A DNA stretch of 64,000 bases from Epithemia pelagica (Eukaryota; Protista; Bacillariophyta): assembly GCA_946965045.2 (NCBI GenBank), contig OX337241.1:868001-932000 (forward strand). The letters are read 5' to 3'. The notes below the pieces were generated by a model, which saw only the letters and a program-made list of their open reading frames with translations, was not told where the DNA came from and did no database searches. Below are positions 1 to 10,081 of this stretch, piece by piece. How positions within the stretch are numbered: position 1 is the first letter of the stretch; every line of letters begins with the position of its first letter. A program made the translations under genes and the position numbers.

Positions 1-2
1 AA

Positions 3-3000
3 ACTGATTATCCTGAATCTGATATTCAGCGCGTCCTTTCTGCCAACAAGGCTAAATCTAAGGGTGTTAGTTTCTCTATCAATGCTACCTATCGCTTCTC
101 CAAGGCTAACCTTAATCCTACCTTTCAGTTGATTGATAGAGGGGCCAATGGTGGTTTAGCTGGGAGTGATTTGAAGATTATCCACAAAACTGGTCGAAAG
201 ATTAACATTATTGGCATTGATAATCACGAGGTAACTGGTTTGGACATTGTTACCGCTGCAGGTCTTTATTCTACACAGCTAGGTACAATCGTTGGTATTT
301 TCCATGAGTATGCTTACCTTGGCAAAGGTCGTTCGATTCACTCTCCGCCACAAATGGAATATTTCAAGACTCTTGTTGATGACAAGTCAGTTCTTGTCGG
401 TGGTCGACAGCGTATTGAGACTCTAGACGGCTATGCCTTACCTTTGATCTTTAAGGGTGGACTTGTCTATTTGGATAGTCTCGGCATTCCTACTGATAAT
501 GACCTAGCTACCTATCCTCATGTCGTCTTTACGTCACCCGATGAATGGAATCCTGACGTCATGGATCATTCTCATTCGTCCAATCCTGATACACATTCTG
601 ATTGGATGGATCTTGTCAACCCAGACCCTATTGATCGTGATTTTTCTGCGACTGGAGACTATGTTCATCGCGTCAACCTAGTTTCCCAGATTCTTACCCG
701 GTACTCTACTCTTAAGCGCTGGACTAATCTTATTCTCAATACCTCTGGTTGTCCACCTAGCTGCTGGTTACTTGCTCTAGACTATGCGTCGACCGTGCTT
801 AACCACCTTGCTTCGCCGGCGCTTAACGGTCGCACCCCCATTGAGCGCCTGACGGGCTCCACTCCTGATGTTAGTTTCTTACTTGCTCATTATTTCTGGG
901 AACCAATTTATTTTTCTTATGATCCTGATCGATCTTCTTACCCTTCTACTGGTAATGAATCTAAAGGTCGTTGGGTAGGTTTTGGTACTGGAGTTGGGGA
1001 TCCATTAACATGGAAGATCCTTACTGATGAGACCTCTACGATTTTGTTTCGATCTACTATTCGTAGTGCTCCCTCTTCTTTACCTAACCGACGTCTAGAT
1101 CCAGAAAAAGGAGAGATAGTTCATGTCAGAGGTCGTCATGAAGATAGTTCTTCTGGATCTACACCTCCTATGCCTACTATAGATCCACATGATCTACTTG
1201 GCCGTAAATTTCTTGGCCCTAAACTGGAAACTGGGGAGCGTTTCCGTGGGTTAGTTGTTGCTATGGTCCAAGATCAAGCTTATCGTGACCGAAAACGTTT
1301 TGAAGACCTCAGTTTTGAAGTGGAATATGATGAAGGTCGCCTTCGTGAGATTGTCACTTACAACGAACTTCTCAATCATCTAGATCATGATCCTGACGAC
1401 GTTGTTTTCTCTGAGCAAGAGTATCGCATGCGGCAAATCACTGCTCATCAAGGTCCTCTCAAACCTACTGATGCTCATTACAAGGGATCTAGCTACAACG
1501 TTCTTGTCGAATGGGAAAATGGGGAGACTAGCTATGAGCCTCTTTCTTTTATAGCTAGTGATGATCCTTTGCTATGCGCTATCTATGCCAAGAATAATGG
1601 ACTACTCGACTTAGATGGCTGGAAGCACCTAGCTAAATACGTCAAGACTGAAAAACGACTCATCAAGACACTCCGTCGACATTTGCAGCAAGCCAAGAAA
1701 AAGATGATCCGGCGTAACTCTCGCGCGCAAATCAAGTACCGTTTTGGCGTGCAAGTCCCACGGGATTATGATGAAGCTATCCTGCTAGATGTTCAGAACA
1801 AGAATAACTTATGGTCAAAAGCAACTGAACTCGAGCTAGATCAAGTCATTCATCAATATAAGACATTCCTAGTTCGGGATAAGGCTATTTTTCAAAATGG
1901 GAAGCTTATGAATGCTCCTGAAGGATACCAACGGTTGAGAGTTCACCTAGTTTTCGATGTCAAACATGATGGACGTCGAAAAGCTAGACTTGTAGCTGAT
2001 GGGCATTTGACTATACGAGACCCGTCTATGTCAAGCTACTCAGGAGTGGTATCAATACGTGGCCTACGTCTAGTTATCTTCCTCAGTGAACTGAACAAGC
2101 TGGAGATCTGGGCAGCTGACATTGGAAATGCTTACCTAGAAGCACAAACAAAGGAGAAGCTATTCATCATAGCTGGTCCTGAATTTGGAGATTTGGAAGG
2201 AAAAATCTTGATTTTTGATAAGGCACTTTACGGGCTTGTGACCAGTGGAGCACGATGGCATGATAAACTCTACGACGTTTTACAAGAAATGGGATTTAAA
2301 CCATGCAAGATTGAACCTGACATCTGGTTTAAGCTAAACGAAGAGCACGGCGTCTACGAGTACATAGCAGTTTACGTAGACGACCTAGCAATTGCTGCAA
2401 AGAACCCGAAAGAAATTTGTGATACTTTCACTGAAAAATTTAAATTCAAACTCAAAGGTGTGGGCCCAATAGCATATCACCTAGGGTGTACATACAAGAG
2501 AGAACCAGATGGAACATTGGTTGGGGACCCCAGACGATACGTTGAGAAGATACTCGAAGGATACGAAATCTTATTCGGGAACAAACCGAAAAAGTACAAG
2601 ACTCCATTAGACCGGCAAGATCATCCTGAACTACTCCTAGATGATAGCGAGCTATGTGAAGAAAAGGACATTGCCATCTATCAATCCATTATAGGGCAAC
2701 TGCAATGGGTGGTGACTATAGGTCGTTTTGACATCTTCACTTCCGTCATGACATTGGCTAGATTCCGTGCCGCTCCACGAATTGGCCATTTGGAACGTGC
2801 AAAACGAGTTGTTGGATACCTAGCAGGCATGTATCATGGAGCAATCCGTTTTAGACTACATGAACCAGACTACTCCAATCTGCCAGACCAAAACTATGAC
2901 TGGTTCCGCGTTTACGATGGAGCACGAGAGGAAGTTCCAAAAGATGCACCGGAACCTAAGGGTCTACCCGTTGTTACAACTACCTATGTCGATGCTAACC

Positions 3001-3530
3001 TAAAGCACGACATGATTACGGGGAGATCAGCATCTGGGATTCTACACCTAGTCAATGGAACTCCCATGGACTGGTACTCCAAGCGACAGGCAACGGTTGA
3101 GACTGCAACCTTTGGCTCTGAATTTGTCTCTGCACGGATTGCATGTGATCAAATCATGGAACTACGCATTTTTCTTCGTTACCTAGGAGTACCACTACGA
3201 GATTCTAGCTACCTATTCGGAGATAACAAGTCAGTGGTAACCAATAGTACGGTACCACATTCAATCCTTAGCAAACGCCATCATTTTCTGAGCTACAACC
3301 GTGTACGTGAGTGTATGGCATCGAAGGCTATCAAGTTTTACTGGAAGGATGGCAAGACCAATCCCGCTGACGTGTTGACTAAAAATTGGGATTTTGTCAC
3401 GGGATGGCCACTCCTTAAACCTCTGCTATTCTGGCGAGGTGATGTTAGTGCTTTGAACGATAAGATCAATGAACCAAAACAAGACAGACAGACGAAAGGG
3501 GAGTCGCACAAGGTAGATGACCGTGACTGA
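3..3530 (+). CDS. Copia pol polyprotein (partial): protease, integrase C-terminal remnant, chromo-like domain, RT, RNase H
   Basis: ORF-track 129..3530; the frame stays open upstream to the window edge. RT and RNase H motifs are intact. No HHCC or D-D-E segment between the protease region and RYSTLKRW. Confidence 0.88.
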   Translation, partial: TDYPESDIQRVLSANKAKSKGVSFSINATYRFSKANLNPTFQLIDRGANGGLAGSDLKIIHKTGRKINIIGIDNHEVTGLDIVTAAGLYSTQLGTIVGIFHEYAYLGKGRSIHSPPQMEYFKTLVDDKSVLVGGRQRIETLDGYALPLIFKGGLVYLDSLGIPTDNDLATYPHVVFTSPDEWNPDVMDHSHSSNPDTHSDWMDLVNPDPIDRDFSATGDYVHRVNLVSQILTRYSTLKRWTNLILNTSGCPPSCWLLALDYASTVLNHLASPALNGRTPIERLTGSTPDVSFLLAHYFWEPIYFSYDPDRSSYPSTGNESKGRWVGFGTGVGDPLTWKILTDETSTILFRSTIRSAPSSLPNRRLDPEKGEIVHVRGRHEDSSSGSTPPMPTIDPHDLLGRKFLGPKLETGERFRGLVVAMVQDQAYRDRKRFEDLSFEVEYDEGRLREIVTYNELLNHLDHDPDDVVFSEQEYRMRQITAHQGPLKPTDAHYKGSSYNVLVEWENGETSYEPLSFIASDDPLLCAIYAKNNGLLDLDGWKHLAKYVKTEKRLIKTLRRHLQQAKKKMIRRNSRAQIKYRFGVQVPRDYDEAILLDVQNKNNLWSKATELELDQVIHQYKTFLVRDKAIFQNGKLMNAPEGYQRLRVHLVFDVKHDGRRKARLVADGHLTIRDPSMSSYSGVVSIRGLRLVIFLSELNKLEIWAADIGNAYLEAQTKEKLFIIAGPEFGDLEGKILIFDKALYGLVTSGARWHDKLYDVLQEMGFKPCKIEPDIWFKLNEEHGVYEYIAVYVDDLAIAAKNPKEICDTFTEKFKFKLKGVGPIAYHLGCTYKREPDGTLVGDPRRYVEKILEGYEILFGNKPKKYKTPLDRQDHPELLLDDSELCEEKDIAIYQSIIGQLQWVVTIGRFDIFTSVMTLARFRAAPRIGHLERAKRVVGYLAGMYHGAIRFRLHEPDYSNLPDQNYDWFRVYDGAREEVPKDAPEPKGLPVVTTTYVDANLKHDMITGRSASGILHLVNGTPMDWYSKRQATVETATFGSEFVSARIACDQIMELRIFLRYLGVPLRDSSYLFGDNKSVVTNSTVPHSILSKRHHFLSYNRVRECMASKAIKFYWKDGKTNPADVLTKNWDFVTGWPLLKPLLFWRGDVSALNDKINEPKQDRQTKGESHKVDDRD

Positions 3531-4025
3531 TCGTACGATGAGTCACGATCAATACCTAGTGGTTTCATCTGGCTGTGACGTCATAATATACAAACACCTA
3601 GCACATGTAGATCGTAGTTTAGACAATGGGGAGAAAGGGAATACGATAGGAGGCGCTTTCAATGGCCTTGGACATGAGCTAGACATCATCCATGAACATG
3701 TGCGATATCTTGGGACGATTGAATGCGATCTAGATGTCAGATGCACACGAACCAGCAATGCTGCGTGTAGATTTCTACGTACCTAGTACAAATGGATGAA
3801 AAGGGGAAACAACAACAACGAGCACTAACATAGACGATAACACTCACAATTCTAAAAAGCATCATCATCACATCTCTTTGTGTCCTACCTACTCTTCTAG
3901 TAGTTGTTGGCCTTTTCCTTGACCCGTGGGGGATTGGCTACGTGGTTGGTGCCTTGAATTGTCTAACGCTTTGTTGTATCTTTGATTGTTGTGTCGTAAC
4001 GATCGGAGTCCTTCATCTTTTGTCA
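3504..4025 (+). repeat. Putative 3' LTR of copia A (~522 bp)
   Basis: Starts right after the PPT (TCGCACA, not canonical TG) and ends in CA exactly where host-repeat homology resumes. The partner LTR is not in the window. Confidence 0.6.
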
Positions 4026-4495
4026 AGTATCCACGGCAAAATATGGAACAGAGGTACTGTGATTAAACTGACGAGTGGGTCTGGCGGAAGTAATCAAGAT
4101 TTCCGATTTCTTTACATCTTACTTTTCAATCTCTTTTTTCGAATGATTTGCTTTTGAATTGACTCTACGACGGAGTCAATGCCCTATTGTGTTCTTGGAC
4201 GGAATAGTAGAATAAAAAGAGTCGATGGAGAGTTTTGGATCTTGTGAAACTACTTATAGTGAATATAGTTTTGCTTCTACTCGTGAGAAATGAGTCGCAT
4301 GAACTCTTGCCGTAGACTCGGATGCAAAGTTAACGGAACTAATGGACACTTTGTCCTTGGGCGGTTGATTTGTTTTCTGCAACATGTTGCTTCTCATGCA
4401 GATCATGCTCCTTCTTTCAAGTCAACCGATCACAGAAATTTGGTTGACAAAGCTCAATTCTATTATAACAACAAACAACAAAACCGAGTGTCATC

Positions 4496-5645
4496 CTACC
4501 ATTTAGCACGGTAGATATTGGTTGCCGCACTGGCATCTCGATTACCCATTCCTTTCCGTTGGTGATACCATCCGCTGGGCTGCTGCTCACAGAGTCGTCG
4601 AAAACACCACGTATGCTTGTCCATTAGTGGTAATGTCGCACAGGTAGGATTGTCCCATCCACTAATCACGGCAATTTGGTTGGCAACAGTCACCATAGTA
4701 CGGCCATTGTGGTGACTACCGCATGGTGGGAGTTTCCACACGCGGTTGCGGTGCGTATCCAAGATTTCCACAGTTGAATTGTCTCGTCCTCCCGCTACAA
4801 CAGACAAGATCCCACGGCAACCAGTGCACAAGAACTTCGTGGGTCGGAAAGCACCAGATCAGAGTGAGTCATCCAATTGGACGAGAAGGAAATGACTTTA
4901 GCAACTGTCTCTGCCTTTGTCTCCTCATTCTCACAAGTCTTTGCAAATTCCAAATACTCCACCGAGTCCTCGTTAAAGCCTCCAACGACAAAGATGCGGT
5001 GGCCAATGACCGCACTGGCACAACCTGATCGAGGAACGTTCATGCTCGGCCCCCCAGTCATTGTTCGATTGCTGGTATCAAGAATATCCACCGACGACAG
5101 GGTTTGTGCCCTGTTCACTCCGCCCATTATCACAATGTATCGGTCGTGCACCGCAACAGCACGACATCCTACCCTTCCCGTTGATGACAATTCAATGTCG
5201 TCTTATGGCACTTCATTGTATTGCTTGATGTCGGAGATGAATGCAGCAAATCATTGGCATCAATTTGTTCGATACAATCCAAAAGTGTTCCATTGTATCC
5301 TCCCATCACGTAGACGCCTCCGTTGCAAACAACAGGGGCAAGTCCGTCACGTTTCTTATTCATTGGTGGCCCTTCTCGCCACTGTTTGTATGATTCTGCT
5401 AAATTCAATACAAGAACAGAGTTGACATAGGCTTGGCCTTGTTGATGTCCTCCCATCACGACGACCGTTTGTCCGTTGTTCCTGTTGTAATTGTCGTCCT
5501 TATCGGGATGATCCAGTACGACCGAAGCATGAAGCGAACGCCATCCACCCTCAAGAGGAGGCCAGTTGTTATAATTCCATTCTGCTGTCTCGTCCAGAAG
5601 GACAAGCCCCGAATGCCATGCTTGTTCTTTCAGTGTCATGCTCAT
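4496..5645 (-). pseudogene. Kelch-repeat protein, copy 1 (two frameshifts)
   Basis: Kelch GG..Y/W repeats (VVVMGG, VYVMGGY, IVIMGG, IFVVGG, VVAGG) are split over ORFs 5169..5645, 4795..5190 and 4496..4831. A 4-bp deletion (AAAC) near 5186 relative to copy 2, plus a 1-bp deletion near 4801. Confidence 0.82.
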
Positions 5646-5903
5646 GGTTCCAAACGTCTTGAATTTATGAGGATCGAGAGATCGAGTGGGTATGGGTGAT
5701 GGGTGCGGACTGACTGACTGTGGAAGCGAGCCCGGCGAGTGTCTGTCGCAGGTACTACCCTATCTATCGGTGATTTTGACTCCTCTTTTAGTCCTCGCTC
5801 CTCGCCCGTTTGGGCCCGGCGCGTCGGTCGACTTGCCCCGCGGGGCCCAAGGAATAGCAACACAGTCGGAGCGAAACAACCCATAAAGACCACCACCCTC
5901 TCG

Positions 5904-6205
5904 ATGCCAACTTTTCGGCTTCAGTACGATCTTCGCTCTACTCATATAGACAACAACATTGCTGGAGTGTCACACCAACAAGTATACAACGCACTTTTCC
6001 AGGAATTGCGCGGCAACAACTGGAATCGGCATCAATTCTCCAAGTGGTAGGCACAACCGCCGCTACCGCGTTGGGTGACGTTGAGGCTGCCTGCGCCGCG
6101 GCCGAAGCTCTTTCTGGCTTAGCTGCGCGTCCCCTTCCACCCAACCATATTTTTCACCGCGTTGAAGTTCAACGACAGACGAACAATAGTGTTCTCCGCC
6201 CCTAG
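5904..6205 (+). pseudogene. Small VapD/Cas2-like (ferredoxin-fold) ORF, ~100 aa if one -1 frameshift at 6045-6047 is corrected
   Basis: MPTFRLQYDLRSTHIDNNIAGVSHQQVYNALFQELRGNNWNRHQFSKW, then in the shifted frame VGTTAATALGDVEAACAAAEALSGLAARPLPPNHIFHRVEVQRQTNNSVLRP*. The pattern (hydrophobic strand-YDL, helix, W.R.Q.S.W, helix, strand) resembles VapD by eye only. Confidence 0.5.
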
Positions 6206-6278
6206 TAGAGCTAGACTGGTTCTACCACCTCGTTGTTTCGCCGCTCCATACACCTGAAAATGGACATTCGCGAAGACA

Positions 6279-6611
6279 TTGGAGAGGGCAAACGCGGCGA
6301 AGAAAGAGCCAACTCGAGAACATTCGTTGCTTCGAGAATCTGCGGACGCAGCAAGACTGTGGGAAAAGGCAATGTATGATAAGTACACAGAGGGACAAGC
6401 CGGGGAAATCTTGGACCGAGTCTTGGAGTACTGGCGCAAGTCGGATTTTCCCGCTGAGCCCTTTCACAAATGGACGGGGGATTAAATGGAAGACGCAAAG
6501 ACTGGTTGGCGCAAATTCAAGGCCTACCGGGAAATGTTGGACAAGTATCCACGGCAAAATATGGAACAGAGGTACTGTGATGAAACTGACGAGTGGGTCT
6601 GGCGGAAGTAA
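6279..6611 (+). pseudogene. Small charged hypothetical ORF with an internal TAA (6483-6485)
   Basis: ORF 6279..6485 continues in frame past the stop as MEDAKTGWRKFKAYREMLDKYPRQNMEQRYCDETDEWVWRK*. Its 3' end is also present at 4026-4093, where copia A interrupts it. Confidence 0.35.
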
Positions 6612-7013
6612 TCAAGATTTCCGATTTCTTTACATCTTACTTTTCAATCTCTTTTTTCGAATGATTTGCTTTTGAATTGACTCTACGACGGAGTCAATGC
6701 CCTATTGTGTTCTTGGACGGAAAAGTAGAATAAAAAGAGTCGATGGAGAGTTTTGGATCTTGTGAAACTACTTATAGTGAATATAGTTTTGCTTCTACTC
6801 GTGAGAAATGAGTCGCATGAACTCTTGCCGTTGACTCGGATGCAAAGTTAACGAAACTAATGGACACTTTGTCCTTGGGCGGTTGATTTGTTTTCTGCAA
6901 CATGTTGCTTCTCATGCAGATCATGCTCCTTCTTTCAAGTCAACCGATCACAGAAATTTGGTTGACAAAGCTCAATTCTATTATAACAACAAACAACAAA
7001 ACCGAGTGTCATC

Positions 7014-8161
7014 CTACCATTTAGCACGGTAGATATTGGTTGCCGCACTGGCATCTCGATTACCCATTCCTTTCCGTTGGTGATACCATCCGCTGGGCTG
7101 CTGCTCACAGAGTCGTCGAAAACACCACGTATGCTTGTCCATTAGTGGTAATGTCGCACAGGTAGGATTGTCCCATCCACTAATCACGGCAATTTGGTTG
7201 GCAACAGTCACCATAGTACGGCCATTGTGGTGACTACCGCATGGTGGGAGTTTCCACACGCGGTTGCGGTGCGTATCCAAGATTTCCACAGTTGAATTGT
7301 CTCGTCCTCCCGCTACAACAGACAAGATCCCACGGCAACCAGTGCACAAGAACTTCGTGGGTCGGAAAGCACCAGATCAGAGTGAGTCATCCAATTGGAC
7401 GAGAAGGAAATGACTTTAGCAACTGTCTCTGCCTTTGTCTCCTCATTCTCACAAGTCTTTGCAAATTCCAAATACTCCACCGAGTCCTCGTTAAAGCCTC
7501 CAACGACAAAGATGCGGTGGCCAATGACCGCACTGGCACAACCTGATCGAGGAACGTTCATGCTCGGCCCCCCAGTCATTGTTCGATTGCTGGTATCAAG
7601 AATATCCACCGACGACAGGGTTTGTGCCCTGTTCACTCCGCCCATTATCACAATGTATCGGTCGTGCACCGCAACAGCACGATATCCTATCCTTCCCGTT
7701 GATAAACGACAATTCAATGTCGTCCAATGGCACTTCATTGTACTGCTTGATGTCGGAGATGAATGCAGCAAATCATTGGCATCAATTTGTTCGATACAAT
7801 CCAAAAGTGTTCCATTGTATCCTCCCATCACGTAGACGCCTCCGTTGCAAACAACAGGGGCAAGTCCGTCACGTTTCTTATTCATTGGTGGCCCTTCTCG
7901 CCACTGTTTGTATGATTCTGCTAAATTCAATACAAGAACAGAGTTGACATAGGCTTGGCCTTGTTGATGCCCTCCCATCACGACGACCGTTTGTCCCTTG
8001 TTTCGGTTGTAATTGTCGTCCTTATCGGGATGATCCAGTACGACCGAAGCATGAAGCAAACGCCATCCACCCTCAAGAGGAGGCCAGTTGTTATAATTCC
8101 ATTCTTCGTCCAAAAGGACAAGCCCCGAATGCCATGCTTGTTCTTTCAGTGTCATGCTCAT
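7014..8161 (-). pseudogene. Kelch-repeat protein, copy 2 (one frameshift near the C-terminus)
   Basis: ATG of MSMTLKEQ at 8161, Kelch repeats as in copy 1. The frame breaks at VGSCL (~7319) and the last Kelch blade VVAGGRDNSTVEILD continues in ORF 7014..7349. Confidence 0.8.
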
Positions 8162-8404
8162 TGTTCCAAACGTCTTGACTGCAGAATTTATGAGGATCGA
8201 GAGATCGAGTGGGTATGGGTCGTGGGATGGTGATGGGTGCGGACTGACTGTGGAAGCGAGCCCGGCGAGTGTCTGTCGCTCCTCGCTCCTCGCCCGCTTG
8301 GGCCCGGTGCGTCGGTCGACTTGCCCGCGTGCAGAGCGGATCTCGCGAGCCTTTGAGTTTTTGTGCTGGCAAAACACCAAGGCGAAGACATCACAGGCTG
8401 TGAT

Positions 8405-8876
8405 CAGGGTGACCGGAGTCTAATTATACCCTCACTTTTAGACCCGGTCTAAAAGGGTATAATTATTTTAGACAGAGGTCGAGTCTAAAATAAAATTTTT
8501 AGACTCTTAACCTTAACCCTTCAGTAGCGCCGCCACCACTGCGTGAGTACGAGACCGTTCTGCCTCATTCATCTCAATGACATCTCAATGAACAAAGTAA
8601 GGTCTCAGTTATCCTCTCTCATGCTTAGAGAGTGCAAGAACAATGTCATACATACCATCCAATAACTTAGATGATGAAGCTATGAGGTCCTCTGGATGTG
8701 TTGTCATAGACAATGCTCGCTCCTGGTAGCTGTCTGTCTAGGGTTAGGGTTATTGCTTCGCCATACAAAACCACGGTGAGATTTTAGACCCTGTTTTAGA
8801 CATTTATACAGTCTAAAAGTACTTTTAGATTTATTTTAGACCCGAAATATTTTAGACTGTCTAAACGGTCACCCTG
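8405..8876. mobile_element. MITE / non-autonomous DNA transposon (472 bp)
   Basis: 11-bp TIRs CAGGGTGACCG / CGGTCACCCTG, flanking direct repeat CTGTGAT (8398-8404, 8877-8883), about a dozen subterminal TTTAGAC/GTCTAAA motifs at both ends, AT-rich, no coding capacity. Confidence 0.88.
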
Positions 8877-9017
8877 CTGTGATGTCTTCATCACAGCACC
8901 AGCAGAACACCACCCAACGACAACGACCCACCCCATGAGGAAGAAAGTCTGATGAAAAGCGTCATAAGAAGACGTCCAGTTCACTGTTAGACTACAGAAT
9001 AACCGTTGTTTGCCAGG

Positions 9018-10081
9018 ATGAGCAACGAGCAACCCGCTACTACCTACTACAGTCAGTATCCACGTTGTTGATTGCAGTAAGACTTTCCGTCGCGGTCTCT
9101 CGGCAGAAGAAGTCCTTCGTCGTTCCGACGGCGACTTCATCGCTACACTAGAGATTTTGTGCGAACTGGAGGACAGCTTCGTCGTCTTTGTCGTTTCCCA
9201 ACGTTCGACGAAGCCAAGAGCAGGGCCTACGCATCGATCCTCGGTCGGCAAATTGCGAGTTTATTGACAATTTGTCTGAGGCAACAACTGATGCGTCACC
9301 GGATGCTACAAATACGGAACAACTCAACACTTGAGTAGATTTTCTGAACAGTCTTGAGACAGGCCCACCTTTGTCCAACACAAGACTTTGCCATGTTGCG
9401 TATGTACGATTCGTGCAGACAGTCACCGGAGTCGGAGTATTCATTGACGACTACACAGTGAAAACTTCTCAACGGCATGAAGATGAGAACTCGACGACCG
9501 TTGTATCTTGAGTTACATTTTGGTAAACTTGTTGTCAAGCACAGCAAGTTTCACAAAATGTACCTCAAGATGCCACGGAGTTACTTTGATTCATCGCCCC
9601 CACCTCAAATTGTACTTCCAATCATGTCGTTGGAAGATATCAAAGAGTGGGACGGCGTCCGGCCTTACGACGCCTTGATACTGCCCTGTGGAGAGAGAGG
9701 TCAAATTGCTGCAGCAGATGTGCTCTTCAATGCGCACGAGAATCTTGTTCGGAACAGAATTTGAAAACGGCTCGATCGGTTTTGCGAATATTTCTCAAGG
9801 AGATTGCGGAGTCGCTAATCGGCATTGACAACGATGTGTTGACCGACTTTAACGTTGTTGCTAGAGATACAACTTATCTTTTGGCAGTCCAATGGAAGAA
9901 TCTTGTGCGGGAATTGAGAAATGATGCTCATCCAACGATCCGAGTTCCCACACTGCGAGCTGGTATAACCTTTGAGACGCTACAGATTGCCAAAGGAACA
10001 CTCGATGTCCGCAACAGACCCCCACCTGCTTGCCCTAAGAGGAGCAATCAACTTCTCGTCACATGCAGGAACGGTTCCTAG
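9018..10081 (+). pseudogene. Possible degraded gene of unknown family
   Basis: Successive protein-like frames (e.g. ORFs 9477..9764 and 9647..10081) that would need several frameshifts to join. No recognisable motif. Confidence 0.25.

Larger units (their letters stand above)
1..4025 (+). mobile_element. Ty1/copia (CoDi-like) LTR retrotransposon A; 5' end outside the window, integrase core deleted
   Basis: Open frame from base 3 to 3530 with domain order protease-like (DRGANGG), integrase remnant, RT (KARLVADGH, ADIGNAYL, KALYGL, YVDD), RNase H (YVDANL, GSEF, GDNKSV, NPADVLTK). PPT GAAAGGGGAG at 3494-3503. The right boundary TGTCA (4021-4025) is followed by sequence homologous to 6544 onward. 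Confidence 0.92.
4026..8329. repeat. Tandem duplication, period 2518 bp (copy 1 4026-~5840; copy 2 6544-~8329)
   Basis: AGTATCCACGGCAAAATATGGAACAGAGG starts both copies. Near-identical sequence continues to GGTCGACTTGCCC, with small indels. Confidence 0.93.

Noticed and set aside
5655-5700. Minus-strand peptide YPLDLSILINS resembles a translation of the LSU rRNA 5' end
   Set aside because: The nucleotides (TACCCACTCGATCTCTCGATCCTCATAAATTC) do not match the rRNA sequence ACCCGCTGAA(T/C)TTAAGCATAT, and no other rDNA is nearby.
5750-5791. 42-bp insertion in duplicate copy 1 that looks like AG-GT...TTTTAG (introner-like)
   Set aside because: Too short for a typical intron, in non-coding DNA and seen once; no support for mobility.
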